In this document: in pieces, positions 15,626-30,611 of the stretch
How the letters are laid out: the number at the start of each line of letters is the position of its first letter
Numbering within the stretch: the stretch's first letter is position 1
Source of the DNA: the human T2T-CHM13v2.0 reference genome, Homo sapiens
NCBI RefSeq assembly: GCF_009914755.1
Contig: NC_060927.1
DNA length: 64,000 nucleotides
Direction: 5' to 3' (one strand)
Notes under the pieces: model-generated
Told to the model about the DNA's origin: nothing
The model's input: only the letters and a program-made list of their open reading frames with translations
Database searches by the model: none
Program-made: the position numbers and the translations under genes

Positions 15626-16912
15626 AATTCAGGGATATGAAAAACTAAGTTGAGGCACCAAGAATTCTGAGATGGGTTTTGAGAAGCTTGGCTCCAAAGC
15701 ACATTGTGTGGGTGGATAGAAAAAAAAAAAAACAAAAAACAGATGGTTCTTCCTGAAAGGGAGAGAGATTGTGGGGCAGAGCACTTTCTGCATTCCTTCC
15801 TTACAGTAGAAGTTGGCCCTACTGCTAACAGCTATTGTCAAGGGAGGAAAAGGAGGCTTCGAACAAAACCCAAGCTAGAAAATTTGGAGTAATCAAGAAT
15901 TTAATCCTCATTAGACTATATTCTGCTTGCTCTTGTAGGTGATCTCCAGTTAGAAATCAGATATTGAAGGATTAACTCTGAATTGCGTCTTTCCAGACAG
16001 TGGATCACTTAGCAAGTTGTCATTTCAGAGATGGTGGGAAATGCCATTTTAAATATAAAAATAAACATTGTGGGGTTATTGGTAATTAATAACAGAGCTA
16101 TACTTCTGCTCCAGGGCCAAACTCGGGGTTTTGTTAATGATGTCCCACAGACCTCAGGCACCAGGAGAATATTTTGTCCTCCTCTTTCTCTTGTCTTGCC
16201 TGTAGAAGCTTATACTGCAATTCTTATACCTACATCTTTTGCTTTACTTATTACACTGGAAATTGTTGCAAACCCAAATATGAAAGGCAACATAGGGAAG
16301 AGGGTCTTTGTTGAATTAGAGGGTGCAAGCTCTATCAAATACTTTGTAATTTAGGTTTTTTCAAAACATACAAAAAGGAACTAGGCCAAAATCCCTAGGC
16401 CATCAATTTGTAGCCGCTGGTTTACATGTTTCAATGCCTTCCAGATGGTGAGTCCTTGGAGAGCAAGAGATAAGGGCACACAGAGCTAGATGCACAAGGG
16501 GTCGCCAATATCTACAGAATGAACAGAATTTGTTATCAAAATGACCTTGGACTGGGCTAGATCTTTTCAAGACCTTCTGAGAATTCAGGGATGTGAAAAA
16601 CTAAGTTAAGGAACCAAGAATGCTGAGTTGGGGGTTTTAAGAAGCCTGGCTCCAAAGCACATTGTGTGGGTGGGTGGAAGAAAAAAAAGCAGATGGTTCT
16701 TCCTGACAGGGAGAGAGACTGTGGGTCAAAGTACTTTCCTTTTCATGAACCATATTCCTTCCTTACAGTAGAAGTTAGCCCTACTGCTAAGAGCTATTGC
16801 TAAGGAAGAAAGAGGAGGATGGGAACAAAACTAGCTAGAAAATTTGGGGCGATGAAGCATTAATCCTCATTCCACTATATTCTGCTTTGCTCTTATAGGT
16901 GATCTCCAGTTA
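15626..16912. repeat. Local direct duplication of ~330 bp (15626-15952 and 16582-16912)
   Basis: Collinear end to end, from aattcagggat to aggtgatctccagtta. Confidence 0.93.
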
Positions 16913-17861
16913 TCCATCAAATAATAAATCAAATTTTCTAGGCCTGCTCAGTGCTAGGCCCTAAAAGTAGATAGGGAAAAAACAAAACAAAACAAATCAC
17001 AGCAAGTTGCTCTTCATGAAAAGCTGCTCCAAGTCGAGAAGTCAGTTTTTTGGTCATCAACTCCTCAGTTCCTAGCAACTTAACACTTCTACTGCATCCC
17101 TTCTACACAACCACATTCTTGCAGGAAGTAACTTTAGGCTTTTTTGAAGACGGGGTCTATACTTGAGAAATTTGTTTTAATGCAACAAAAATAGTAAGGG
17201 CTATATTCATACCTGGCTTTAAATTGTTTTTATTTTTAAAATATCTTAGAGGCAAAACTACGGTGACAGAAGGCAAATCAGTGGTTGCCAGGGGCTAAGA
17301 GGTATGGATTTATTACAAAGGAATCTGGAGGAACTTCGCAGGGTGATGGAAATGTTATACCATGCATTTGACAGGACCCATTGAATTATACAGTTGATAC
17401 TGGTGAATTTGATGGTATGTACATTATATCTCAGTAGAGCTGAAAAATATTTTTACATTTAGATAAATAATATATGAAGCACACAATAAAGTAAAACAAA
17501 ATGTAAAAAGTCGTTCTCCTACCCTTGAATCTGGTTCTGTTCCCATAGGCAACCACTATTACCAGTATTTGTGCACTATTCCAGAAGTAATCTATGAATA
17601 TGCAAGTGTGTATTTATATACCATCCCTATTTCATTTTATTTTGCCAAAAGGTTGCATGCCATATGTACTGTTCTGATCCTTGTGTTTTTCTCTCCACAT
17701 TCTAATGATGAGCATTTGGGTTGTTTCCAGTCTCTAGCAACTAGGGCAAGGAGGGGAAGATGCCAGTGGGACATACCTTCCCACCAGTATTCCAGGTTCC
17801 TGCCTGGAACTTGAGTTGTATTTCCCATAGAGGCAGAGGCCAGTGAGGCTAGAAGAAGTTA

Positions 17862-18320
<459 letters not shown>

Positions 18321-18917
18321 TCAGAAACTTCCAAGCCAGTTCCAGAGTAATCCTCCATCTCTCAGCAGGTATTAAAGGCCAGGGCCCTGCCAGGTTTCCC
18401 TCCATGGAGATCTAGCTCTAGTTTCACAGACTGGCAAACTGCAGCCCAGTCTTGGCTAATAACACCCGGTCATGAAGATAGCTGCAATCCCCAGGAGACC
18501 ACTGGGGTGTTCTCATTCCCATCTCAAATGTAACTGAGCATGACAATTAAGTTGTTATAAAACTGGTCCAGTCAGTTCCTTGGCTACCAGGAAATTAATG
18601 TGTGTGCAGGCACTTGCTCACAAAACATTTTTTAAAAACTTGTTCTAGTGTCTTTTAGAATAACTTCATACGGCTTTTCACTGAGCAGCTTCACTTCTAG
18701 GAATTTCTTCCACAGATATCCTTACACGTCCCCAAAGTCGACTGCACTGGGACAGTAACCAAAGCACAATGTGTAGGTAACAAAAGTCAAAAATAATCTT
18801 ACTGTCTCCCACTAGAGACCTGGTTATACAGACTATGATAGCCTATAATTTTGGCCCAGGTTGTCTGCCTATTGAATATCTAAATGTTCTTCTTGGACCT
18901 GACTCAAATAATCAAAG

Positions 18918-19646
<729 letters not shown>

Positions 19647-21308
19647 CAAAGTCATGAAATTCTCACTAACTGAGGAATTTGTTCTAGGCCAGACTAGTGC
19701 ACACATCATTTCATTCAGACCTCCAGCCAGCCTCAGGGTGCTGCTGTCCCTACAGGTTAAGCAACTTGCCCAGCTCACCTCGTTAATAAGTGGTGGAGTC
19801 AGGATTTGAACCAAGCTTTGACCAACTCCAGAGCTTGTCTGAATGAGGCTGTCTCCAAAAAGCTGGAAAGGCAACTCTGAGTCCAGTGAGGTCTTTGGCT
19901 CCAGTCCTTCCATTTCTCTGCCCTCCTCCCTCCACCAACTTCCAGCTGGGAAGCTAAGCCCTTTGGGATGTGCAGTCTGAAGACACGGGCAATGTAGCAG
20001 TGAGCAAGAACTCAGAGGCAATAGTGACCGGGAGAGCCTGGTGTTTGTATCCTTGAGGGTGGCCCAGGATGCAACTCCAGCGAGACTTGTCAGCAGGGCA
20101 GTTGATGTGAAAACAGCCCATCAACACAGGCTGAACCCTCCTGACACAGTGTCCCTGGGCAGACTCCAGCAGAGCACAGAGTTCCAGTATGAGCAGCAGT
20201 GTGTAATAACTCATCTCATTATGTTGTTTGGTTCTTGGTGTGTACCTCTCCACTGTGGCTGGTGGCCACTCTGTAGGAGTTGACTGTCTACCTGTGTCCA
20301 AGAGATGCCGTGAGTCCTTCAAACTCAGGGGCTTCATCTTACCACCTCTGCATTCTCTGTGATGTCCCAGAAACTGCTTGTCTGCTCTAAGCTGTTCTCG
20401 GGGTTAAACATTGTTTTAGCCAAACTTCCTTGTTTGAAATGGCCAGATGTTCCCACCTCCAGATCAGTAACAGAAGGCATCTCTTTGGATGCATATGGCA
20501 TATGCCTGGATGTACACCATTCTAGCTCAGCTCCCAGCTGGACCACACATTGCCAAGAATTGAAGAAGCCCTCTCATGGCTCCAAGGGTTTTGTGACATG
20601 GCAGATGCCAAGGAAGTAGGCAGACCCAAAATAAAGACAACAGCCCGACTTCAACTCTATATAATCTTTGGACTCAGGGAGTTGATAAAACTCATTTCTG
20701 GAGACTGTATTTACCCAGACAAAGGCAGCAGATTGTCACCTTGTACATTTTTGCATTTGGCACATTTCTCCCGGAACCCTTTGATCTCCTGTCATTGAGG
20801 GTAGGATCATTTGCACTTCATTTAAAACTTAAAGAAAGCTACGCCATCTGTGCTCAGGGAACAGTTTTAATTTTCTTTTCAAGACATTCTCAGATTTATT
20901 ATTTAAGCATATTCCCACCCTGAGGGGAGGCATTTACTGGCCTTGCAGTCCTATGACCGAGCTGGGTTCTGGAGTCATACTCCTGGGGCTGCCAGCTCAG
21001 CATCATTACATACCAGCTAGGGAGCCCTGGCAAGTCACGTCACCTCTCTGTGCCTACTAACAGGAAGTTAGTAAGAGCAATTGTTTGAGGACGGAGAATT
21101 AAATGACACGCAGACCTACTCAAGACCACCTCTCCCATTTACATTTTCTCAGGAGAAAATAGCTTCATTTTTATCATTGAACACTGTAGAACTTATGTTT
21201 CATCTATGAAAGTTATTTTTGGCCAAGGTCTATTTCAGAAATGTGTATATTTACATCTCCAACCTCAACACATTTTAAACAAAATTATGTGCAGAAAGTC
21301 TTTACTTA

Positions 21309-21671
<363 letters not shown>

Positions 21672-22266
21672 TCAAAAATGTCAACAAAGGGAGGTGCCCT
21701 ACATTACTGCACACAAAGCAACTGTTTGCAAACAACCATGTAAATGGTTTGGTAGTCCTCAAGTGATGTCTTATGCACTTTATGCTTAACAGGATTGATT
21801 AATTATACACAGGTATCTTCCTGTTTTTCATCACACTTTCAGAAACTGTTAGAGGTTTTGCATTGCTGTGCAGTGGATTGTTATACTTTTTCCCACATAA
21901 AATAATGGGATGTATAGCGTTGCTTAGTGTTTTCATACAGAATGTCTGGTTTTCAGGAATGGATTACTGATGTTAATCAGAAGATGCTTATTTGTAAAAT
22001 CCTCAGAGGAGTGGCTGGCACAGCAAATGTGTTGGCTATTACAAGCAGCAATAGTAGTTAATACTTTTAAAGACTGATGGACCAGATACAAACCCAAGGC
22101 TACAAAGGGGCGAGGGAAGGAGCCTGGATCTCCTTACCTGGTTGTCTAGAATGCGCCAGCTGCCTGGGAGATGAAAATTACAAGGTTGTGGGAAGTGGTT
22201 TGAAATAATTTGATTATGGCATAATTTTTATAATTTAGAATGATAATTAAGGGGTATAAACTTTTC

Positions 22267-22558
22267 TTTTTTTTTTGAGACAAAGTCTTGTTCTGTCACT
22301 TAGGCTGGAGTGCAGTGTCATGATCTAGGCTTACTCCAACCTCTGCCCCCCGGGTTCAAGTGATTCTCAAGCCTCAGCATCCTGCGTAGCTGGGATTACA
22401 GGTGTGTACCACCATGTTTGGCTAATTTTTGCATTTTTTAGTACAGACGGTGTTTTGCCATGTTGGCCGGGCTGGTCTTGAACTCCTAACCTCATGTGAT
22501 CTGCCCCCCTCAGCATCCCAAAGTGTTGGGATTACAGGCGTGAGCCACTGCGCCTGGC
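22267..22558 (-). mobile_element. AluS
   Basis: Alu consensus; GGTATAAACTTTTCTT on both flanks. Confidence 0.94.
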
Positions 22559-23040
22559 TCGGTATAAACTTTTCTTAACCACCAAGGCAGAGAACCCTAG
22601 CCACTGGTCCCCCACATCAGTGGTCTTATCATCTCCCACTGTCCCACCCACCCTGACCTCAATCAGGGGTCTTTCTGACCAGCAGACTCCTCTCCCTACC
22701 CACTCCCCACCTCATCCTATCCCATCCAAACCCAGGTCAGCACCGCTAGGCAAAAACGCAGGTGAGGCTTGTGTTATAAGCCAAGGGACCCAGTTCTGTT
22801 TTCTTTTGGCAAAAAAGCACTGGTGAGCTATTAGTACCATCCAGCTGGGGTGGTGCTTCTAAGACTCTTGAGTCTGCCCAGCAACACTGTCCAGATTCTA
22901 TTTGCCAAATTGGAGGGAGGAAAATGCTTCTTCCATAGATGCTGGTGAAACAACAGTGAGGAGAGCCTGGGAGAATGTGAGAAACAAGCACTAACACACT
23001 GATGGCTGGAAAGCACACCAGGACAGGCTCTCCACAGGTG

Positions 23041-23314
23041 ACATGGAAAGACGCATCCAAAGCCCTAAGAACCTCTCTACTCTTCATCCCAGCAATTCTG
23101 CTTCCAGAACATGGAAATACGCAACTAAAGCCCTAAGAGCCTCTCTACTCTTCATCCCAGCAACTCTGCTTCCAGAACACGGAAATACGCGTGCAAAGAC
23201 CTAAGAACCTCTCTACTCTTCATCCCAGCAACTCTGCTTCCAGAACGTGGAAATGCGTGTCCAAAGCCCTAAGAGCCTCTCTACTCTTCATCCCAGCAAC
23301 TCTGCTTCCAGAAC
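23041..23314. repeat. 68-bp minisatellite, ~4 copies
   Basis: Anchor aaag(c/a)cctaaga at 23059, 23127, 23195 and 23263, an exact 68-bp period. Confidence 0.97.
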
Positions 23315-23350
23315 TGTAGCTGGACAAAATAGTTAAGAATGTTCAGAACA

Positions 23351-23644
<294 letters not shown>

Positions 23645-25238
23645 AAGAGTGTGCAGAACAACACAGCTGAAGAACACATTCTTAGATACATCAAAATGGG
23701 ATAATCCAGTTGATACCATTTTATAACCTTGGCAACATGAGGATAATGGTTCATCCTTTCATGTCATTTTCTAGTCTGTGCTATGTAATTTCAAGTGCCT
23801 TTTCACTGAATAGACCTATTAAAATTGATACAAGCAGCTGGCTATTGTTGGACGTGTTCTATTTTTAATAAGAAAAACTGGAAGCAACTTAAATGTCCAA
23901 CAACTGGGGACTGGTTAAAGCCATACAATGGGATGATCCCATTTTTGGTTTGTGCACATGAGCGTGCATACATACACATTAAGAAGACTGCATCAAAGTG
24001 AATAAGGCAGTTTGCTTATAGATAATTTTTTTCCATTTTGGTTATATTTATTGCCACTTTTTCTACAATAACTATATGCTACTTAAAACATCTTAATTAT
24101 TAACTTCCTTCCCCCATATTGATAGCCAGGGAGAACACCCAGAAGAGTGTGTGTGCACATGCAAGGCGTGCAACCATCATAGATGAAATGGCAGCATCTG
24201 AGGTGAGCCCTAGGGCTAACAGGTCTGACTCCAAGTCATGCAAATCTGTGGGGATGTGGGGGAGGAGATGGGGGAGACTCATCAGCGCTACCAGTTACAC
24301 ATTCCAGACAACAGCCAGTAGCTCCTCATTTGAATCGGAAACAGAATGAACACCCACACTCACCCAGGGAGTGTGAACATATCATTTGATCTGTCTGCTC
24401 ACATTTTTGGCAAGAGACAATGGTGGCAAGATTGGGGTCACTGACCCAGACGCTGGTATCTGAGTGGTTCTTAGAAAGCAACCAAATGGAGGTTTTCAAA
24501 AGGCTATGATCCCAATGTAACCAGTGTTTCACTCTTGGAAATGGGGGAGTTGGTGGGGATACCAAAGTCACACAAACACATGACACCAAGACACAAACTT
24601 TCCTTTACTTTTCATCTCTGCAGTGACACCAAATTCATTTTTACTCTGCTGAGTCTTTCTTTGTTAAGAGACTTCATGGATTTATAAAACAAATCCACTG
24701 TGCCAGGGCTCTGGCTTTCTGTATCCTTTCAGGACAGTCTCCAGGAATTTCTCAAAGGCCTTTGCCACTTAGATCCTCAAGACTACAGGCAACTACTCCA
24801 ACCACAAAAGCTCTCAGTTCAGCCTGATGTACCCTCAAAGGGCCAGTTCCTGAGACCATAGGGAGGAACTTAAGAAAGCGAAAGGGAAAGTTCCTAGGTT
24901 TCTACGTATTTATGTATTGAACCATGAGACAGGGCTCAGCCAGTCAAGGACTTCCTGGAAGGGACTCCATTGGAGTTACTGGACCAAAATGGCAGCCTTC
25001 CCAGATCACAGGGAGAAATGAGACCAGGAACAGAGGCTCTCATTATTAGCAATGCCTTGATTAACACCCTGTTCTGACTGGAAGAGTTCCCCACTGTTGT
25101 CACAGAAAGCCAAAAACATCTCAGATAATTCCCAGAGTTTCAATACTGTTCCAAGACTGGTAGGCACGCATTTTTCTCAGCACACATATACACATATTTT
25201 CACTTCCTTTTTATTCTTAAACTAATTCTTTTTCTTCA

Positions 25239-25421
<183 letters not shown>

Positions 25422-26514
25422 TTATATATATATTTATAAATCCATGCCATGGTTTAAATGAAGTTTTAAATTTTCTATCTACTATGCAGCAATATGTCAC
25501 CTGATGTTGGAGAATGAACCAGGAAGTATTCCTGGAGCTTATATTGATATTTTAGAAGCTCCTGTCTTGTATTTGTAAAGACGGCAGTCACCGGGACGCC
25601 CAAATTCAACCTCACTTGCGTCCTTTTATTCCTTTATCTAATTTACACCTGCTAAACACAAATCCACCCTAGATGCAGCAAGGGGAATCAAACCCACATG
25701 GCTTCCTGGAGAGCTCTATTTAAAAAACACAAAACCTGTACTAATCTCGCGAAACCTGTACTAGCCTCACATCAAGTTCTTACATGAAGAAACCAGGTTA
25801 TTTACTACGTTCTAATACATCCAGGGCCCACAGGGCATTTCCTGGCTGGCACAGGTCACTGGGACGTGTTGGTCCCTTCCCCCAACCGAAACAACTCGAA
25901 ATTCACACATATCCCCGGAACAACAGCCTCCTGCCCTCAAAGTCCACTGCCAAAAAGTGCGAGGGGCGCGGGAATGTCCAGTCTCTGCGGTGGCGCAGAT
26001 GCCTGGCGGCTTTCTCTGGGACCCCCTAAAAGAAATCCGGGCGCTTTCATTTTTGCACCAACGCTCTTCAACTTTAGGAGAGGGGGAATGCAGCGTGCGG
26101 ACGGGAAAAAGGGGATCTAGTGGGAAATGCGGACGTGAAAGCACTTTTTTTGCACCTTCTCTCTGGACCAGGCGAGGAGGTAGAGGGCGAGCCTGGAGAG
26201 GAAAGATCTCTTCCCACACCCTGCCTGGGTGCTTTCAAGAATCCCGGCAAAGACCCTGGGGCGCACGGCGCGCCACCTTGGACATGTCGCCTGGGATCGG
26301 CTACCGGGAGCTCCTTTTCCCGCCTTCTCGGCCAGCACCGGGCTCATCCTCCCGGACCGGGAGGCTCCCCGATCGGGGACACTCTCACGTGCCGAGGGCA
26401 AGGTTGACTCCAGGAGGGCAAGGCCCACGCGCCCGACGCGGCGCGCGCAGGAACCGGACAGTCCGGGGGTCCCGGAGCCACCCGCGCATTTTGACTACGC
26501 CGTCCCCGCCCTCT

Positions 26515-26552
26515 CTCCGCACCCTCCGCACCCTCCGCACCCTCCGCACCCT
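26515..26552. repeat. (CTCCGCACC)4 9-bp tandem repeat
   Basis: Directly visible, ~90 nt into intron 1. Confidence 0.95.
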
Positions 26553-26639
26553 GCGTCCCTCGGCCGCATCTCCGCCGGGCGTCCGCTGGCTGGCTAGCTC
26601 ACCACTCCACGCTATCCGCCTCCAAAGCCCGGCACTCAC

Positions 26640-26721
26640 CTGCCCCGCGCGGCAGGCGCGCCGCACCCAGCAGCAGAACCCCTAGCAGTGCGATAGAGAC
26701 CCCGCAGTTCAGGCCGGCCAT
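26640..26721 (-). CDS. CDCP1: CDCP1 (CUB domain-containing protein 1) exon 1 coding part: 82 nt, signal peptide, phase-1 intron
   Basis: Minus-strand ATG at 26721 encodes MAGLNCGVSIALLGVLLLGAARLPRGA, which I recognise as the CDCP1 N-terminus. It is followed by a canonical donor GCAG|GTGAGT (GT at 26639-26638). The ORF track tail (GECRALE...) is intron read-through. Confidence 0.97.
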
Positions 26722-28794
26722 GACTCGGGGACGCCTCGGCCTCGGTGGGGAAAACGACGGTGGGGAGCGGCGGCCCCAGGCGCCCAAGCCCGGCGCAGCT
26801 GCGCTCCGCCCTGGCTCACTCACCTGCGCGCGGGCGGACCGGCCCGAGCCCCGCCCTGCGCAGCAGGATCGCGAGCTGACCCGGTGCGTCCCTCCTCTCT
26901 CTCCTCCTCCTCTTCCTGCCTCAGCGACCGCCTCTCCCTCCCAGGGTGCAGGGCTCCCGGCACCGGGTTGCTGGGTCCCTACTACTCCCCATTGCGGCGT
27001 TGGAGCGGACTTGTCCCCACCTTTCCGGGCTTAGTCTTCCTTCCCAAGTCTGAGAATGATGAGGTCTTTTTCTCCAGAGTCGCGAAGGTCGCCCATAGAG
27101 GAAGCCAGTCTACCTTCCCTTTTCTGTCGAGGAGACAAAGGCCATTATGCGCCTCGTTTTGGAGAAGAATCCTATTTGTGGGCCACCCAAGCCCTGGATC
27201 CTCTGCTACTTGACTTGGGCCAGAGGTCTGTTGGACTTTAAAGCCGGTGGTGGTACAGCTAGTATTTGCAGGACGGTGAGCCTGCAGCCTACTCCACACA
27301 CATCACCTGCAGTATTTCCAGACACGCAACGTGTCCAAGGTCCCCAGGGTAGCTAGTAAATTAGAGGCAGATGCACCACTTCGTTGAATTGTGAGTAGAG
27401 TAGTATGCATCCCTTCACTGAGCTGTGGATGGAGTAGTATGTGCCCTTCTCGAGTTGTATTATAAATGGAGTAGTGAGTGCAGTGTGAGCGTGAAGCATT
27501 CAGGTCAAACGTTGGGCTGGAAAATGAATGAAAAATGAATGGCGCTGGACTCCTTTTCCAAATCCTCCCCGCCGCAGGTGTGCCACCTGCCTGTCTTCAG
27601 AGGCCCTGTGGGTTCTCCTTCCACCCTGCCGGCCATACACCAAGTCCAGGCCACAGGCAGAGATTGCGGATGGTTCAGGAGTTCTTAGCTAGCAGACCTG
27701 GGTTCTGCCAGAATGACTCCCTGGGACTACTTGTGTTCATGGATAGCCAGAAGCTGGGCCAGAGTCACCCGGAGCAACCTGGGAGGCTTGGGACAGGAAC
27801 CAAAGCATGTGCGACAGCATCAGTTTACAGTCCAGTCCCAACTTCTGCTTAATTCTTGCGGGCACTGAGCCTCTCCAGGCTGCCCCAATCCTTCTTGTGG
27901 ACAGGGGTGGGAAATCATCTCCTAGGAGCGTCACCCCTTCCTTCTCGATGTCCTTAATCATGAGAATAGAGCTAGCTCTGCCCTCTGGGAGCCCACAGTC
28001 CATCGAGGGAGGCAGAACTTGGAACATGACCCTGCCCACACCCCCACCTCTGGGAGGGCCTGTATCGTGAGCTAAACGGGACCTTAGATGTAATCTTCTA
28101 GTCCACTTCTGTCCTTGTGCAGAAAAATGGGAAAACTGAGAACTAGAGGGAAGGGAGAGGATGAGAAACGAAGAGAGGCTCTTGGTTCTCCCCACTGAAT
28201 CGAGGACAAATTCATCAAGAGAAAGAAATCTTGACAAAAATCTAAACACTCTTTAAAAATATTTATGCTGACCAGGAGGGTGAAAGGAGATTTGTCTTTT
28301 CTCCTGATTCTAAGCAGGCATATATATCCCAGCATCTTTTCCTAACATCCATGACACCATTGTTTCCCACATACAGTAATACCCACAACAGTACCAGAAT
28401 GGCAGTGTATTGAATGCAAAATATCAGAAATATTGCTTGACAAGTTAAGCCTAAGGAACAAGTTATTTCCTTACTATTTCGTCTCTCCAAAGTTTGCTTA
28501 ACTGTCTTTCTTGGGATAGTTGACACCAGCTTTCTGAAAATGGAATGAGAGTCACTAATTCCCAAATATGAAGCATTGGTGGTGGTTCCAGAAAGTAGCA
28601 GCAACGAGAAAGAAGAAAATAGGGAGGCACTTCAGCATCCTTTGCGTGACAACCCAACTACATAGTTGAAGTAAAGATGTCCTGACATACTGTCCTGGTC
28701 CTCCAAGTGGAGTGTGAACAAAGCATTGCCAAGAATGGACATGTTTTGTCTTTACAAACATGGCTGAATGGAAGGAGTAAATTTTAAAAGGTTA

Positions 28795-29188
<394 letters not shown>

Positions 29189-29923
29189 TTAAAACAGACT
29201 GTCCCATCTAATTTTGACCTCTTCTGAAACCCTGCAAAGGCTGTAAAACAGGGATTAAAAAAAATTACATAAGCCCACAAAGGTGGGAAGAACAGAGAGA
29301 AGACAACAGCAAAATCACCCTGGAAGCTAGACAGCAGCTGGACTAGTGGTAGCTGCCTTAGGAGCCTGGAGATGGCAGAACCCTAAGCCAGTAGTGGGGA
29401 AAACTCAGAAATAACACGATTAACACAGAAATCCTCAAAAAAGATCCTCAGGAAATGGCAGCACAAGGTATTCTGCAACTGGAGGGTGAAAGAGGAGTTA
29501 AACAAGAAAGGCTAGAAGAAAGCTGTTTGAGAAGTACTGTGGTTAGATCCCAGAACCCATCCATCATTACCCTTGCCTGGGCAACAGTCCCTCGTCCAGC
29601 TTCCAGTGTTGTTCTTGAGAAATCCAAAACCATTCTCATTTTTATTATTTTCTTTGAGACCCTTTTCTTGCCTCTAAAGCTGTAGAATCTTCTTTTTGTT
29701 CATTGGTTTCTGAAATTTCACCATAATGTGCCTTGATGTGAGTCTGCCTATATTATCGATCTTTAGATCTTGACAAGTTAGAGGGTTGGTAAGCTTAACA
29801 ACTTTAGTGTTGTCTTCTGGAGAGATTAAAACCTAGGGATGTGGGCTGAGGGATGCCAGGCATAGCTGAAAGCATAGGAAACATTGTAAAAGTAGGTAAA
29901 TAAAGGGAAGATATGCATTCTGA

Positions 29924-30476
<553 letters not shown>

Positions 30477-30564
30477 TAAACATGAGCAATCAGGATTTCA
30501 GGATATCTGAGGAGAGCTTCTAACATATTAGAGTCAAAGCCAACCAAGTAACCAAACCGAGAAA

Positions 30565-30565
30565 A

Positions 30566-30609
<44 letters not shown>

Positions 30610-30611
30610 AG
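30565..30611. repeat. (GAAA)n tetranucleotide STR, ~11 units
   Basis: Directly visible. Confidence 0.95.

Larger units (their letters stand above)
25960..27010. promoter_or_regulatory. CDCP1: CpG island / TATA-less CDCP1 promoter, 5'UTR and start of intron 1
   Basis: Very high GC and CpG density versus CpG-depleted flanks. GC boxes at 26806-26811, 26832-26837 and 26849-26856; ETS-type CAGGAAG (minus) at 26912-26918; CACGTG at 26386-26391. Confidence 0.9.

Noticed and set aside
15626-16912. Two-LTR mini-retroelement (TRIM-like) encoding ORF 16031-16354
   Set aside because: No TG...CA ends, TSD, PBS or PPT seen, and the spacer ORF has no recognisable similarity. Kept only as a local duplication.
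23041-23314. CRISPR-like look (constant ~50 bp plus variable ~16 bp)
   Set aside because: The variable parts are homologous to each other (atggaaatacgc-type), the DNA is primate and there are no cas genes. It is a minisatellite.
25957-26685. 242-aa antisense ORF over the CpG island
   Set aside because: GTG start, low-complexity R/P/G content including the translated 9-bp repeat; stop depletion is expected at this GC content.
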